A DNA stretch of 62,544 bases, filler included, from Candidatus Zapsychrus exili (GTDB taxonomy: Bacteria; Omnitrophota; Gorgyraeia; Zapsychrales; Zapsychraceae), in the NCBI GenBank assembly GCA_030765585.1. It is 5 parts of 5 records of this genome, joined end to end, with 100 filler letters (N's around TTAATTAATTAA, not from the genome) between each part and the next. Parts side by side here need not be neighbours in the genome. Positions count along the whole stretch, not along the records: positions 1 to 28,441 come from JAVCCJ010000021.1; positions 28,542 to 35,909 come from JAVCCJ010000093.1; 3 more parts are not named here. One strand, given 5' to 3'. The notes beneath the pieces are model-generated. The model worked only from the letters and a program-made list of their open reading frames with translations, was not told the DNA's origin and did not search any database. Position numbers and translations under genes: made by a program. Of the stretch, positions 18,680 through 29,152 are shown in pieces (positions within the stretch are counted from its first letter, which is position 1; every line of letters starts with the position of its first letter).

Positions 18680-19684
18680 ATGGGTTTTAAAATTCCAGAT
18701 ACGCCTGAAGAGCTTTTTAGGCAGACTCAAAATATTTCTGATTTAAAGATTGGACAATGGATACCTTTCATCGCTGTTGTTATGGTGATTGTGTTTTTCG
18801 CATTGACAAGTTTCTATTCTGTAGGTCCAGATGAGGTGGGAATAATAAGAAAGTTTGGAAAGTACGAAAGAGTGACCTCACCAGGGCTTCATTGGAAACT
18901 GCCGTTTAATATCGAAAAATTAGACAAAGTAAAAGTTAAAAGAATTTTTAAAGAAGAGTTCGGCTTTAGAACATTAGAAGCTGGTATTAATACTAGGTAT
19001 TCTACAAAAAATTATGATGAAGAAGCGATAATGTTAACAGGTGATTTGAATGTTTTAAATGTCACATGGATAGTTCAGTTTAAAGTTAAAGACCCTGTAA
19101 AGTTATTGTTTAACATAAGAAGCCCTCTAGAGACAATTAGGGATTTATCGGAAGCTGTTATGAGAGAGGTTGTTGGCGATAGTTCTGTGTCAGAGGCGCT
19201 TACAATGCGTAGGATTGAAATTAATCAAGAAGTACAAGATAAGCTTCAACAAACGCTTGATAGATACGATAGTGGAGTTCAAATAGAGACAGTTAAGCTT
19301 CAAGATGTTAATCCTCCAGACAAGGTTAAGCCTTCTTTTAATGAAGTAAACGAAGCAAAGCAAGAAAGAGAAAAGGTTGTTAATCAGTCTTGGGAGGCGT
19401 ACAACAAAGTAATTCCTAAAGCAAAGGGTCAAGCTTCAAAAACGATTAGTGAAGCAGAAGGTTATGCTTTAGCTAGAATAAATAAATCAGAAGGTGATGC
19501 TACCAGGTTTAAAGAAACGTGGGAAGCATATAAGGAAGCAAAGAATGTAACTAGAAAGAGGTTGTATTTAGAAGCAATTTCAAGAGTTATCCCTAAAGTA
19601 GGGAAAATATACGTATTTGAGCCTGAGGCAAATTCAGTGCTTCCGCTGCTTAACATAAGTGAAGGGATGGGAAAAAATGAATAA
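18680..19684 (+). CDS. hflK: FtsH modulator HflK
   Basis: SPFH domain: PGLHWKLP, MLTGDLN, QDVNPP..VKPSFNEV and TRKRLYLE. Confidence 0.93.
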   Translation: MGFKIPDTPEELFRQTQNISDLKIGQWIPFIAVVMVIVFFALTSFYSVGPDEVGIIRKFGKYERVTSPGLHWKLPFNIEKLDKVKVKRIFKEEFGFRTLEAGINTRYSTKNYDEEAIMLTGDLNVLNVTWIVQFKVKDPVKLLFNIRSPLETIRDLSEAVMREVVGDSSVSEALTMRRIEINQEVQDKLQQTLDRYDSGVQIETVKLQDVNPPDKVKPSFNEVNEAKQEREKVVNQSWEAYNKVIPKAKGQASKTISEAEGYALARINKSEGDATRFKETWEAYKEAKNVTRKRLYLEAISRVIPKVGKIYVFEPEANSVLPLLNISEGMGKNE

Positions 19685-20630
19685 AGTATTTAATGTTTTT
19701 ATTTTTATTGCAATTCTTGCAGGAGTGCTTGCTTTTTCCGGGATTTTTTATACGGTAGATGAAACACAACAAGTAGTTGTAACGCAGTTTGGTGAGCCAA
19801 TAGGTGATCCAATTTCAGATTCTGGTCTACATTTTAAAATTCCTATCACCCAGAAGGCCAATTATTTTGATAAACGAATTTTGCAATGGGATGGAGAGCC
19901 GAATCAAATACCTACAAGAGATAAGAGGTATATTTGGGTAGACACTATGGCAAGATGGAGAATTGTTGATGCACTTAAGTTTATGCAGTCAGTAAGAACT
20001 GAAAATAGTGCTCATGCAAGATTAGATGATGTTATCGATGCTGCAACGCGTGATGTTATATCTGGTCATAATTTGTCTGAAGCTGTAAGAAGTACGAACA
20101 GATTATTAGAATTAAGTAAAGATTTGGGATCTGAAGATTTCCAAATAGATGAGATGTCTTTAGAGCATTTAAAAGTTGGACGTGATGGTTTAAATAAGGA
20201 GATATTAAGAAAAGCTTCAGAGATTGCTCCTAATTATGGAATAGAATTAATTGATGTAAAAATAAAGAGAATCAATTACGTAAGAGAGGTTCGTGACAAA
20301 GTATACGACAGAATGATATCCGAAAGAAGACGTGCTGCTGAAAAATATCGTTCTGAAGGTCAAGGTAAAAAAGCAGAGATAGAGGGTAAAATGGCAAAGG
20401 AGCTAGAGCAAATACGTTCTGATGCTTATAAAGAGGCTGAAGAAGTAAAAGGTGTTGCTGATGCAGAGGCAATAAAGATATACGCAGAAGCCTATAACAA
20501 AGACCCAGAGTTCTACTCGTTCGTAAAGACGCTTGAAAGTTATGAAAAGACATTGGGAGAAGACACTACTTTGATTTTGTCAACAGATAACGAATTCTTT
20601 AAGCGTTTAGATGGAACAAGTTTAGAATAA
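19677..20630 (+). CDS. hflC: FtsH modulator HflC
   Basis: GLHFKIP, FDKRIL, RMISER and DPEFYSFVKTLESY; follows hflK. Start moved to ATG 19677. Confidence 0.93.
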   Translation: MNKVFNVFIFIAILAGVLAFSGIFYTVDETQQVVVTQFGEPIGDPISDSGLHFKIPITQKANYFDKRILQWDGEPNQIPTRDKRYIWVDTMARWRIVDALKFMQSVRTENSAHARLDDVIDAATRDVISGHNLSEAVRSTNRLLELSKDLGSEDFQIDEMSLEHLKVGRDGLNKEILRKASEIAPNYGIELIDVKIKRINYVREVRDKVYDRMISERRRAAEKYRSEGQGKKAEIEGKMAKELEQIRSDAYKEAEEVKGVADAEAIKIYAEAYNKDPEFYSFVKTLESYEKTLGEDTTLILSTDNEFFKRLDGTSLE

Positions 20631-20642
20631 ATAACGTTACAA

Positions 20643-21056
20643 ATGCTACAAGATAAAGACAAAGAGCTTGCAAAGAGAATGCGCGCCGCAAAGATCTTTA
20701 AGAGAGATATAGAGGAGAGCTTTGTTCTTTCTTCAGGTCCTGGAGGTCAAAATGTCAATAAGGTGTCTACCTGCGTTTTTTTAAAGCATATTCCAACAGA
20801 TATTAAAGTGAAATGTCAGAAGTATCGTACGCAAATTGCAAACAGATACTACGCTAGATTATTGTTGGTTGAGAAAATAGAACAACAGAAAGAGAAGCGA
20901 GATAGAAGTGTCATTGCACTTAAAGAAAAGAAGAGGCGCGAGAACAGGAAAAGACCAAAATTCTTAAAAGAAAGAATCTTAGAGCAGAAAAAACGACGCT
21001 CTAAGATAAAAACCTCTCGCAAGAAAATAGATATTAAAAAAGCGGACTCACTATAG
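20643..21056 (+). CDS. GGQ peptidyl-tRNA hydrolase, release-factor-like ribosome rescue protein (C12orf65/ArfB type)
   Basis: SSGPGGQNVNKV followed by a long basic C-terminal tail; no codon-recognition domain. Confidence 0.88.
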   Translation: MLQDKDKELAKRMRAAKIFKRDIEESFVLSSGPGGQNVNKVSTCVFLKHIPTDIKVKCQKYRTQIANRYYARLLLVEKIEQQKEKRDRSVIALKEKKRRENRKRPKFLKERILEQKKRRSKIKTSRKKIDIKKADSL

Positions 21057-21072
21057 GAGATAGTCGTAAGAT

Positions 21073-22680
21073 ATGGTGTTTTTTGAATCAGAGAAATTAA
21101 AGAAAATTGTAATTTTATCCCTCATTCTTATCGTTGCCATAGGAGTATTCTTCAGATTTCATAATATAACAGAAAATCAATTTTTTTATTATGATGAAGG
21201 CATGTGGTTAAATGCAAATAGAGGCTTTGTTTCGGTTGTTAGCAATAATCCGCCTCAGAATTTTGGCGAAACATTAAAGATTTTAAATGTATCTTTAAAG
21301 CTTTCGTTGTCTAGCGCTAAGTCTTTGTGGCTGTTTTTATCCAACTTAAGAGGTTTGTTTGCTTCTGGAGATTCTTGGTATTTTTCTAGAATATTATCTG
21401 CAATATTTGGAACGCTTACGCTTTTACTCGTATTTCTTTTTAGTAAAAGATATCACTCTTCAAATAGGATAGCATTGTTATCTGTCGCATTATTAGCTAT
21501 TTTACCTAGCCATGTATACTATTCCCGCCTAGCATTACAAGAATCTTTGAGCACATTTTGTTTTTTAGCAGGATTATATTTTTATGTATTTCCTCGCAAG
21601 TTTAGCATTAGAACGTTTATATCTGGGGCATTCTTTGCGCTCGTGTTTTTTTCTAGTTACAGGATGATAATAATACCTGTTATTATTGGGTTTTGTGAGT
21701 TTTTTATTAGTTTTGCAGAAAAACAAAAGATTAATTTTAGAAAATATTTTTATAATACACTTACGTTTTTCTTTTTCATCTTTGTTATAGGTAGTATTAA
21801 TAACGGTGAAAATATTTACGTAACTTTCGCATGGATGTTTCATCAGTCTAATCTAGCTAGGGGACATTTTAGTTTTATAAATTTATTTTCATATCCTTAT
21901 TATTTGTTTAAATTGGAAAGTGTCTTTTTTGCACTTTTATTCTTTGCAAATGTGTATTTTATTAAGAAAAAAGAATATAAATGTCTTCTTCCATTTGCAT
22001 TAAGCATGTTTCTTATGGCGCTTTTTTCTTTTCCTCAAGAGAAGGGTGTTAGATATCTGTGTTCAGCAATGCCTTTGATGGTTTTGGCAGTATCTTCTGT
22101 AGTCGCTGTCTTACTAGACAGAAAAAGAAAAGACTTAACAAAAATAATCGCGATTTTCCTAGTTGTTTTCATGAGCTTGGTACATTTGGTAAAAGCCAGA
22201 GAAATAATTCAATTTAAAACAGATTATGAAACATCTGTAGAGGATATTGCTAAAGTTATGCCTAATGCTAAAATCGTATCCACGCAAGATATGGTGCAAT
22301 CTTTATATGTTGAAAAGCGTAGTAATGTTGTTGAGGCTCCGCGTGATTTCAAGAGACTTCTTACGTATTACGCTAAGGGATTTAGGTATCTGGTTGTATG
22401 CCCACAAGCTTATTTATCTTATACGGAAGATAAGGCGAGATTTAGTTCAAAGCTTGGAAATTATTTAAATTTTGTTACTTTAAACGTGCCCCCTGTAAAA
22501 GTTTATAAACACTTTAGCCCTGCGCTTCTTGAAAGATTTGTGCTTGAGCATAATGAAAATTTAATAAATTCAATTAAGTTTTTAAAATTGGCACAAGAAA
22601 AGAACTTTGGAAGTTTGAAAGTTTACAGTTTAAATCAATGTTTAGTAGTTATGCGAAAGTTAGCTGAGTCGCAAAATTAG
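21073..22680 (+). CDS. GT-C fold glycosyltransferase (ArnT/PMT, GT39/83-like)
   Basis: Multi-TM protein with YYDEG after the first TM, RILSAIFG and YYSRLALQE. Confidence 0.8.
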   Translation: MVFFESEKLKKIVILSLILIVAIGVFFRFHNITENQFFYYDEGMWLNANRGFVSVVSNNPPQNFGETLKILNVSLKLSLSSAKSLWLFLSNLRGLFASGDSWYFSRILSAIFGTLTLLLVFLFSKRYHSSNRIALLSVALLAILPSHVYYSRLALQESLSTFCFLAGLYFYVFPRKFSIRTFISGAFFALVFFSSYRMIIIPVIIGFCEFFISFAEKQKINFRKYFYNTLTFFFFIFVIGSINNGENIYVTFAWMFHQSNLARGHFSFINLFSYPYYLFKLESVFFALLFFANVYFIKKKEYKCLLPFALSMFLMALFSFPQEKGVRYLCSAMPLMVLAVSSVVAVLLDRKRKDLTKIIAIFLVVFMSLVHLVKAREIIQFKTDYETSVEDIAKVMPNAKIVSTQDMVQSLYVEKRSNVVEAPRDFKRLLTYYAKGFRYLVVCPQAYLSYTEDKARFSSKLGNYLNFVTLNVPPVKVYKHFSPALLERFVLEHNENLINSIKFLKLAQEKNFGSLKVYSLNQCLVVMRKLAESQN

Positions 22681-22692
22681 AGATAAGTCATT

Positions 22693-23733
22693 ATGAATAA
22701 AATATCTATAAAATGGATTGCGTTGTTTGTAGTAGTTGTTCTTATTGTTGCAGCTTTTTTCTTATTGTTTTTAATTGGTGATACGGAAAATGAAAAATAT
22801 AGCGAGACGAGCTTCGATATGGGTACTGTTATTCGTCTAGATGTTTGTGTAGATAAAGCAAATGAAAATATAATAGATGAGGTATATGATGCTGTCTTAA
22901 ATAGGATAGAGGATATATCGATAAAGATGAGTAGTTTTGACAAAAATAGCGATATATATAATATAAACAATTCAAACCTTAAGCCAGTAGTAGTTAGTGG
23001 CGATACTTTTTATCTCATAAAAAATTCTATTCGTTTTTCTCAGCTTACAGATGGAGCGTTTGATATTACTGTGGGGCCTTTAATTAAGTTATGGAAAAAG
23101 AGTGAAAAGCAGGGCATTGCTCCTATAGAGGAAAATTTAAAGGATGTTCTTAGGTATGTAGGATATGAAAATATTAAGACTTTAGTGAATAATAATTTAA
23201 AGCTACTGAAGCGCTCTACAAGCATTGATTTAGGTGCTATTGCAAAAGGATATGCAGTTGATGAAGCAGCGAGGATATTTAGAGAACATGGTATTAATAA
23301 TTTTCTTATAGATGCTGGAGGTGACATTTATGCTGGAGGGCTTAATTGTGATGGCGAGTTGTGGAAGGTTGGCATTAGAGATCCTCGTAATGGATTAGAG
23401 ATAATAGATATAGTTGAAATAAGTGATATGGCGATAACGACCTCCGGCGATTATGAGCAATTTTATGAAATAGATGGAAAAAAGTTTTCTCATATTATAA
23501 ACCCAAAAACAGGTTATCCTGAGCAAGAAATAATAAGCGCAACAGTAATAGCTCCAAAGGCAAAGGATGCAGATGTTTTTTCAACTGCGCTATGTGTTCT
23601 AGGCAAAAGAAGAGGCGCAGATTTGATAGATTCTTTGGGAGTAGGGTATGCAAGTTTTATTATAGAGCAAAGTGAAGATGGGCTTGATATGTCTGAAAGT
23701 GTACAATATAAAAATTTTAAAGCAAAAAATTAA
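22693..23733 (+). CDS. apbE: FAD:protein FMN transferase ApbE
   Basis: MGT, GAFDITVGPL, DLGAIAKGYAVD, TSGDYE and HIINPKTG. Confidence 0.95.
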   Translation: MNKISIKWIALFVVVVLIVAAFFLLFLIGDTENEKYSETSFDMGTVIRLDVCVDKANENIIDEVYDAVLNRIEDISIKMSSFDKNSDIYNINNSNLKPVVVSGDTFYLIKNSIRFSQLTDGAFDITVGPLIKLWKKSEKQGIAPIEENLKDVLRYVGYENIKTLVNNNLKLLKRSTSIDLGAIAKGYAVDEAARIFREHGINNFLIDAGGDIYAGGLNCDGELWKVGIRDPRNGLEIIDIVEISDMAITTSGDYEQFYEIDGKKFSHIINPKTGYPEQEIISATVIAPKAKDADVFSTALCVLGKRRGADLIDSLGVGYASFIIEQSEDGLDMSESVQYKNFKAKN

Positions 23734-23786
23734 GTATTTGCTATAATAAAAACTTATAAATAATTAAAATTAATAGGAATATTAAT

Positions 23787-24602
23787 GTGAAACAGTATCT
23801 TGAACTTATTAAATATATTATAGATAATGGGGAGAAGAAGGAAGATCGCACAGGAACTGGTGCGATAGCTGTTTTCGGATATCAGACAAAATACGATTTA
23901 AGGGATGGCTTTCCATTGCTTACCACAAAAAAAGTTTTATTTTCCGCTGTTGTTTATGAGTTGCTTTGGTTTCTTCGTGGCGCAACCAATATAAACGACG
24001 ATTTGGCAGAACATACTTCAATATGGAATGCTTGGGCAAATGAAGATGGTGAGCTTGGACCTATTTACGGATATCAATGGAGGAAGTGGGAAAAGTTTGT
24101 ACACGACAAAGAAAGCGATACATATCGTAAGGAGCATGTTGATCAAATAAGTGGCGCTATTGATATGATTAAGAATAATTCTAATTCAAGACGCATTATT
24201 GTAAGCGCTTGGAATCCATCAGATATAGATAGGATGGCTCTTCCGCCGTGTCATGCTTTTTTTCAGTTCTATGCAGTAAACGGCAGATTAGATTGTCAGC
24301 TATATCAGAGATCAGCTGATGTTGCGTTAGGTGTGCCATTTAATATAGCAAGCTACTCGCTATTGTTAGCTATGGTTGCTTTAGAATGCGGACTGACTCC
24401 GGGTATATTTGTCCATACTTTAGGAGACGCCCATATTTATTTAAATCATATAGATGGAGTAAATGAGCAGCTTACAAGAACTCCAAAAGTTTTGCCTAAA
24501 TTAAAGTTGGCTCAAAAAGATGTTCTAGATATGACTTTTGATGATATAGGCATTGAAGATTATAATCACGATTCATTTATAAAATTTCCAATTGCAGTAT
24601 GA
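23787..24602 (+). CDS. thyA: Thymidylate synthase
   Basis: [32 protein letters not shown] and HIYLNH. Confidence 0.98.
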   Translation: MKQYLELIKYIIDNGEKKEDRTGTGAIAVFGYQTKYDLRDGFPLLTTKKVLFSAVVYELLWFLRGATNINDDLAEHTSIWNAWANEDGELGPIYGYQWRKWEKFVHDKESDTYRKEHVDQISGAIDMIKNNSNSRRIIVSAWNPSDIDRMALPPCHAFFQFYAVNGRLDCQLYQRSADVALGVPFNIASYSLLLAMVALECGLTPGIFVHTLGDAHIYLNHIDGVNEQLTRTPKVLPKLKLAQKDVLDMTFDDIGIEDYNHDSFIKFPIAV

Positions 24603-25144
24603 GACCATTAAATATAATAGTTGCAGTAGATAAAAACTTTGGAATTGGCAAAGACGGGATACTTCCCTGGCATTTGTTAGCAGATTTAAAGCATTTCAAA
24701 GAAATTACTACAAATATAGATGGCGCTGGTAAAAAGAATGTTGTGATAATGGGCCGAAAGACATGGGATTCATTGCCAGACAAGTTTAAGCCTCTTGCCA
24801 ACAGAGTAAATGTTGTTTTAACAAGAAATAAAGACTTAGAGCTTCCATGCGGCGTAATTAAGGCTGAGAATTTAGATATTGCTCTTGAGCTTATTGAAAA
24901 GATTTCTGATTGCAAAATTGATAGAGTGTTTGTTATAGGCGGCACAGAATGTTACGAGGCAGCGTTATCAAATAACATTCTTGATAAATTTTACATTACT
25001 CATATAGAGCAAGATTTTATTTGCGACACTTTTTTTCCAGTAAAGAAGGAAGATTTAGAAAAAGATTACGAGAGACTATCTTTTACTTCTATGCATGAAG
25101 AAAACGATGCTGTATTTTATTTTGCTGAATATAGAAAGTTATAA
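24599..25144 (+). CDS. folA: Dihydrofolate reductase
   Basis: GIGKDG.LPW, IMGRKTW, PL.NR.N, IGG and CDTFFP; overlaps the thyA stop. Confidence 0.96.
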   Translation: MRPLNIIVAVDKNFGIGKDGILPWHLLADLKHFKEITTNIDGAGKKNVVIMGRKTWDSLPDKFKPLANRVNVVLTRNKDLELPCGVIKAENLDIALELIEKISDCKIDRVFVIGGTECYEAALSNNILDKFYITHIEQDFICDTFFPVKKEDLEKDYERLSFTSMHEENDAVFYFAEYRKL

Positions 25145-25147
25145 ACA

Positions 25148-26146
25148 ATGATTACAATGTTTGTTTTATTTATTGGTATAATTTTAGCTTCAGGGCTTTG
25201 CTCTATGTCTGAGGCAGCTGTATTGAGCCTTCCGTCGATACGCGCAAAAGTTCTTTGTCAACAAAAGAAGCCAAATTCAAAAGATCTTCTTTATGTAAAA
25301 GAGCATATATCGTATGTAGTAGCATCAATTGTCATTTTAAACAATGCTATAAATATCATAGGTTCTATTTTTATTGGTCAGCAGGTAATTGTTAAGTTTG
25401 GAAATCAATGGTTAGGCATTGCATCAGCGGTTATTACTTTTAGTATTATTGTTGCATCTGAGATAATTCCAAAGACAATAGGTGAAAGATATAAGACAAC
25501 AATATCTTTATTTGTTGCAAAACCGCTAAGGATTATTCTTTTTATTTTTAGTCCAATTGTGTTTGTAATAGTTAGGGCAACAAAAGTATTTTTAAAGTCT
25601 GATAGAAGATTTCCAAGAGTTACAGAGGAAGAGATTAAAATAATGCTTAAGTTGGCGCGCGATGAAGGGGAAGTAGAAATAGACGAAGAGGTTTTGTGCA
25701 ATCGTGTATTTAAGCTAAACGATATTCGTGCGGCTCAAATAATGAAGCCAATAGACAAAATTTATGCGTTGCCAGGGAATAAGACTTTAGAAGAAGTTAA
25801 AGATACTATAATAAATTCTCGCTACAGTAGGATAGCTGTTTACGATCGTGACCCTAAAGATTTTGTAGGCGTTGTCCAACAGAGAGTTCTTTTAAGAGAG
25901 ATAGCAAAAGATAATTATAAGGCATATGTTCGCGATTTTATGATAAAGCCTATATTTGTTAATTGGTTTATGAAAGCAGATACTTTGCTTGAAAAGTTTC
26001 AGGTCAACAATCAGCATCTTTTTATAGTACAAGATGCTCAGGGAAAAGACGTAGGCTTAGTTACGATGGAGGATGTTTTAGAGGAATTGTTTGGTGAGAT
26101 TTATGACGAAAAAGATGTCGCTCGTCAGGGAATTAATAAAACTTAA
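25148..26146 (+). CDS. CNNM/DUF21-CBS (hemolysin-like) membrane protein
   Basis: SEAA, EIIPKT, YSRI and GLVTMEDVLEELFGEIYDE. Confidence 0.92.
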   Translation: MITMFVLFIGIILASGLCSMSEAAVLSLPSIRAKVLCQQKKPNSKDLLYVKEHISYVVASIVILNNAINIIGSIFIGQQVIVKFGNQWLGIASAVITFSIIVASEIIPKTIGERYKTTISLFVAKPLRIILFIFSPIVFVIVRATKVFLKSDRRFPRVTEEEIKIMLKLARDEGEVEIDEEVLCNRVFKLNDIRAAQIMKPIDKIYALPGNKTLEEVKDTIINSRYSRIAVYDRDPKDFVGVVQQRVLLREIAKDNYKAYVRDFMIKPIFVNWFMKADTLLEKFQVNNQHLFIVQDAQGKDVGLVTMEDVLEELFGEIYDEKDVARQGINKT

Positions 26147-26156
26147 GAGAGGTATT

Positions 26157-26477
26157 ATGGAAGATTTAATAGCAAAGTCCTTAAATTTAATTGATCTAGT
26201 TGATTATGCTAAAGGCGCTGTTGTAAGTAAGCAAATTATAAAAGAAGAGAAGGGGAACGTTACATTGTTTGCATTTGATCAAGGTGAGGGGCTAAGCGAG
26301 CATACTGCTCCTTTTAATGCTCTAGTATATATTGTTGATGGAGTCTCTGAAGTAATAATAGAAGGTAATTCACATAATTTAAGTAAGGGGCAAATGATTA
26401 TTATGCCAGCAAATAAACCGCACGCTCTTAAGGCGATAGAGCGTTTCAAAATGCTACTTGTTATGATAAGGGCCTAA
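26157..26477 (+). CDS. Cupin domain protein
   Basis: TLFAFDQGEGLSEHTAP and MPANKPHAL. Start moved to ATG 26157 (GAGG RBS). Confidence 0.9.
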   Translation: MEDLIAKSLNLIDLVDYAKGAVVSKQIIKEEKGNVTLFAFDQGEGLSEHTAPFNALVYIVDGVSEVIIEGNSHNLSKGQMIIMPANKPHALKAIERFKMLLVMIRA

Positions 26478-26478
26478 T

Positions 26479-27063
26479 TTGAAGAATACAAAATTTGTAA
26501 TAATTTTAATTTGTATATTTTTTCTTACAGGGTGTATTTTCTTTAGAAAAAATCCTAAGAAGCTTATGAAAGTATCGTATGGCAGTCTTTATGATGTTAA
26601 AAGTGGTCAAATAATAAATAGTAGTTTTTTGAAAGGTGGAAAGTATGTGCTAGTAATACCGTTTAAAGCAGGTACTAGCGTTGCTGCAACGGAAGGCTTA
26701 GATAAAGTGTCTTTGATGATAGTAAGAGGAGTTTATGATGTGTTAAAAGAAGAAAACTCTAGACTAGAGGTTCTCGGCGCTGACAAGACAGAAAAAGGTG
26801 ATTTTCTTATAGAGGGTCATATAAAAAATATGCATAAGCTTAAAAGATTAAGTAAGTGGATATTACTGAGAAAGAAAATGGTCTTAGGGGTCCAGGGGAG
26901 AGTTACAGATATTAAAACAGGTGATATGATTTTAAGATTTGAAGATGAAATAATATCGAACACATCTAAACACTCTTATAAAGATTTAGGTCACCTTATA
27001 GGAAAAAATATAGGACGCTTTTTGATGCATGCTGATGGCGTTAAGAAAGCTTCGCAACCTTAA
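26479..27063 (+). CDS. Putative lipoprotein
   Basis: Lipobox LTGC after a hydrophobic stretch. Confidence 0.65.
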   Translation: MKNTKFVIILICIFFLTGCIFFRKNPKKLMKVSYGSLYDVKSGQIINSSFLKGGKYVLVIPFKAGTSVAATEGLDKVSLMIVRGVYDVLKEENSRLEVLGADKTEKGDFLIEGHIKNMHKLKRLSKWILLRKKMVLGVQGRVTDIKTGDMILRFEDEIISNTSKHSYKDLGHLIGKNIGRFLMHADGVKKASQP

Positions 27064-27092
27064 AATTTTTTAGAAAAGTAAAGATTCCTTGG
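27044..27092 (+). repeat. Dispersed repeat, copy 2 (encodes KASQP-stop)
   Basis: Near-identical to 5080-5127. Confidence 0.85.
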
Positions 27093-27155
27093 TGTAGATA
27101 AAAAGCGATGTCTCATATTGTCCTATTCGATAAGAAATAAAGAAAGGTAAGTTTT

Positions 27156-28127
27156 ATGTTTATTGTTACGGGAGCAGCTGGTTTTATAGGAAGTGCTATT
27201 TTAGCCAAGCTAAATGAATTAGGAATAAATGATTCAATAATTGTAGATTGGATGCAAGGAGAAGACGATCCTAAAGCAAAAAATATAGTTAATAAGAAAT
27301 ATTCCAAGTATTTAGATAAAGATGAGCTTCTAGATTTGATTTCAAAAGACCAGATAGACTCTAGCGTTGATTGTTTAATTCATATGGGTGCGTGTAGTTC
27401 GACCACACTGCAAGATGCTGAGCATTTTAGAACCAATAATCTTGAATATACAAAAACTCTTGCATACTGGGCGCTGAAGAATAATGTTAGATTTATTTAT
27501 GCAAGTTCTGCAGCAACATACGGAGCAGGTGAGGTAGGATACAAGGATGACGATGAAACTATATTAAAATGTAAGCCGCTTAATTTATATGGTCAATCTA
27601 AACAGGATTTTGATATTAGTGTGTTTGAACACGGACATCTGGATAAAATGGTAGGGTTGAAATTTTTTAATGTATTTGGTCCTAATGAATATCATAAAAA
27701 TGATATGAGAAGCGTTGTTGCAAAAACCTATAAAACAGTTGTTAAAGAGGGAAAAATAAAACTTTTCAAGTCTTATAAACCAGAATATGCCGACGGAGAA
27801 CAAAAAAGAGACTTTATATATGTTAAGGATGCGGTTGATATGGTTATGTTTTTTGTAGAAAATAGAGATATTTGTGGAATATTTAATGTTGGCACAGGTA
27901 ATGCGAGAACATGGAATGATTTAGCTAATGCTCTTTTTAAGGCAGCTGGAAAAGAGTCAAATATCGAATATTTTCCAATGCCAGAAAGTTTAAAAGCTAG
28001 ATATCAATATTTTACAGAAGCAGATATGAGCAAAATACGTAGTTGCGGATATGACAAACCATTTACAAGTCTAGAAGATGCAATTTGCGATTATGTGAGT
28101 TATCTTAAAGATAAAAGTTATTGGTAA
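27156..28127 (+). CDS. rfaD: ADP-L-glycero-D-manno-heptose 6-epimerase
   Basis: GAAGFIG, GACSSTT, YASSAATYG, YGQSK, GPNEYHK and YQYFTEAD. Confidence 0.95.
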   Translation: MFIVTGAAGFIGSAILAKLNELGINDSIIVDWMQGEDDPKAKNIVNKKYSKYLDKDELLDLISKDQIDSSVDCLIHMGACSSTTLQDAEHFRTNNLEYTKTLAYWALKNNVRFIYASSAATYGAGEVGYKDDDETILKCKPLNLYGQSKQDFDISVFEHGHLDKMVGLKFFNVFGPNEYHKNDMRSVVAKTYKTVVKEGKIKLFKSYKPEYADGEQKRDFIYVKDAVDMVMFFVENRDICGIFNVGTGNARTWNDLANALFKAAGKESNIEYFPMPESLKARYQYFTEADMSKIRSCGYDKPFTSLEDAICDYVSYLKDKSYW

Positions 28128-28148
28128 TTAATTTAGGAGAATATTGTT

Positions 28149-28427
28149 ATGTTTTATCTTATTATAGTTTTTACTGCTGTGGCTTGTTTTGTTGCAGGAC
28201 TAATAATTATTGTTCGTGAATATCGCACTTCTAAGGTAAATGTACAAGCTCCATTAATTTCTGATGTGATAGGAGATTATGATGCAAATGTTTTAGATAA
28301 TGCGAAAGAGCTTAAAAAAGAAGCAGAAAGCTCTTCTATAGTAAAGCATATGATCGATGAGAATTTAGGTGCTAATAGCAAGCAAAAGTTTCTTTTATTA
28401 CAAAATCAAACTTTTGCTTGCTATTAG
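28149..28427 (+). CDS. Membrane-anchored hypothetical protein; C-terminus probably artefactual
   Basis: AGGAG RBS and an N-terminal TM segment. The stop lies inside a fold-back at the contig end. Confidence 0.55.
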   Translation: MFYLIIVFTAVACFVAGLIIIVREYRTSKVNVQAPLISDVIGDYDANVLDNAKELKKEAESSSIVKHMIDENLGANSKQKFLLLQNQTFACY

Positions 28428-28441
28428 CACCTAAATTCTCA

Positions 28442-28541
28442 NNNNNNNNNNNNNNNNNNNNNNNNNNNNNNNNNNNNNNNNNNNNTTAATTAATTAANNN
28501 NNNNNNNNNNNNNNNNNNNNNNNNNNNNNNNNNNNNNNNNN
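28442..28541. other. Artificial contig linker
   Basis: N run around TTAATTAATTAA (stops in six frames). Confidence 0.99.
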
Positions 28542-29131
28542 AGCTTTCCGAAAGATTCAGAAGCCAATGGATTAAGGTAAAGTTTTATAGAGACAAGCCG
28601 GATTTAAATGGTGCTAAAAGGTTAAAAAACGTAAGATTTTGTGAGGCAACCAAGGAAGCTATTACGCATCCTATTATTTTGGACAGAAACAGTATATCCT
28701 GTCCAGGAGCTCAGCGTGCTTTTGGATGGAAGAGTGAGCATGAAAACGGACTTTTAGAGAACTGTAGCGATAAACAACAAATCAAAAAAAGTGCTTTAAA
28801 ATCAATGCTTTCTGAGGTGCCGCATTTTAATAAACCTTTTAAGTATATAGGATTAAATACTGATGGAGAGCCAGATCTTGTTATGTCATATTTGGCTCCT
28901 TCTGATGTTATGGATTTTGTAAAGATATTCAATAATAAATGCGGTAAAAATCTCGAATGTTCATTATGCAGCATGATGTCAATCTGTGGCGGCATAGCAG
29001 CAACAACTTATTTAAATAAGAATATTAATATTTCTTTTGGGTGTAATGACTCGCGCAGATTGGCAGATATGAAAAGAGATAATTTGGCTATAGGCATCCC
29101 AAATAGATTATTTAAGGTATTTATTGATTAG
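28542..29131 (+). CDS. DUF169 family protein, 5'-truncated
   Basis: Frame open to the contig edge; RFCEA, SCPGA..AFG, CGG and SFGCNDSR. Confidence 0.75.
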
Positions 29132-29152
29132 ATTTATAACAAGAGGTAGAAA

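Noticed and set aside
28358..28441. Perfect 34-bp inverted repeat as a biological hairpin or telomere
   Set aside because: It ends exactly at the contig edge and truncates a gene, which fits a fold-back amplification or assembly chimera.
28487..28498. TTAATTAATTAA repeated four times in the window
   Set aside because: Synthetic six-frame stop linker inside N runs; gene adjacency across it is meaningless.
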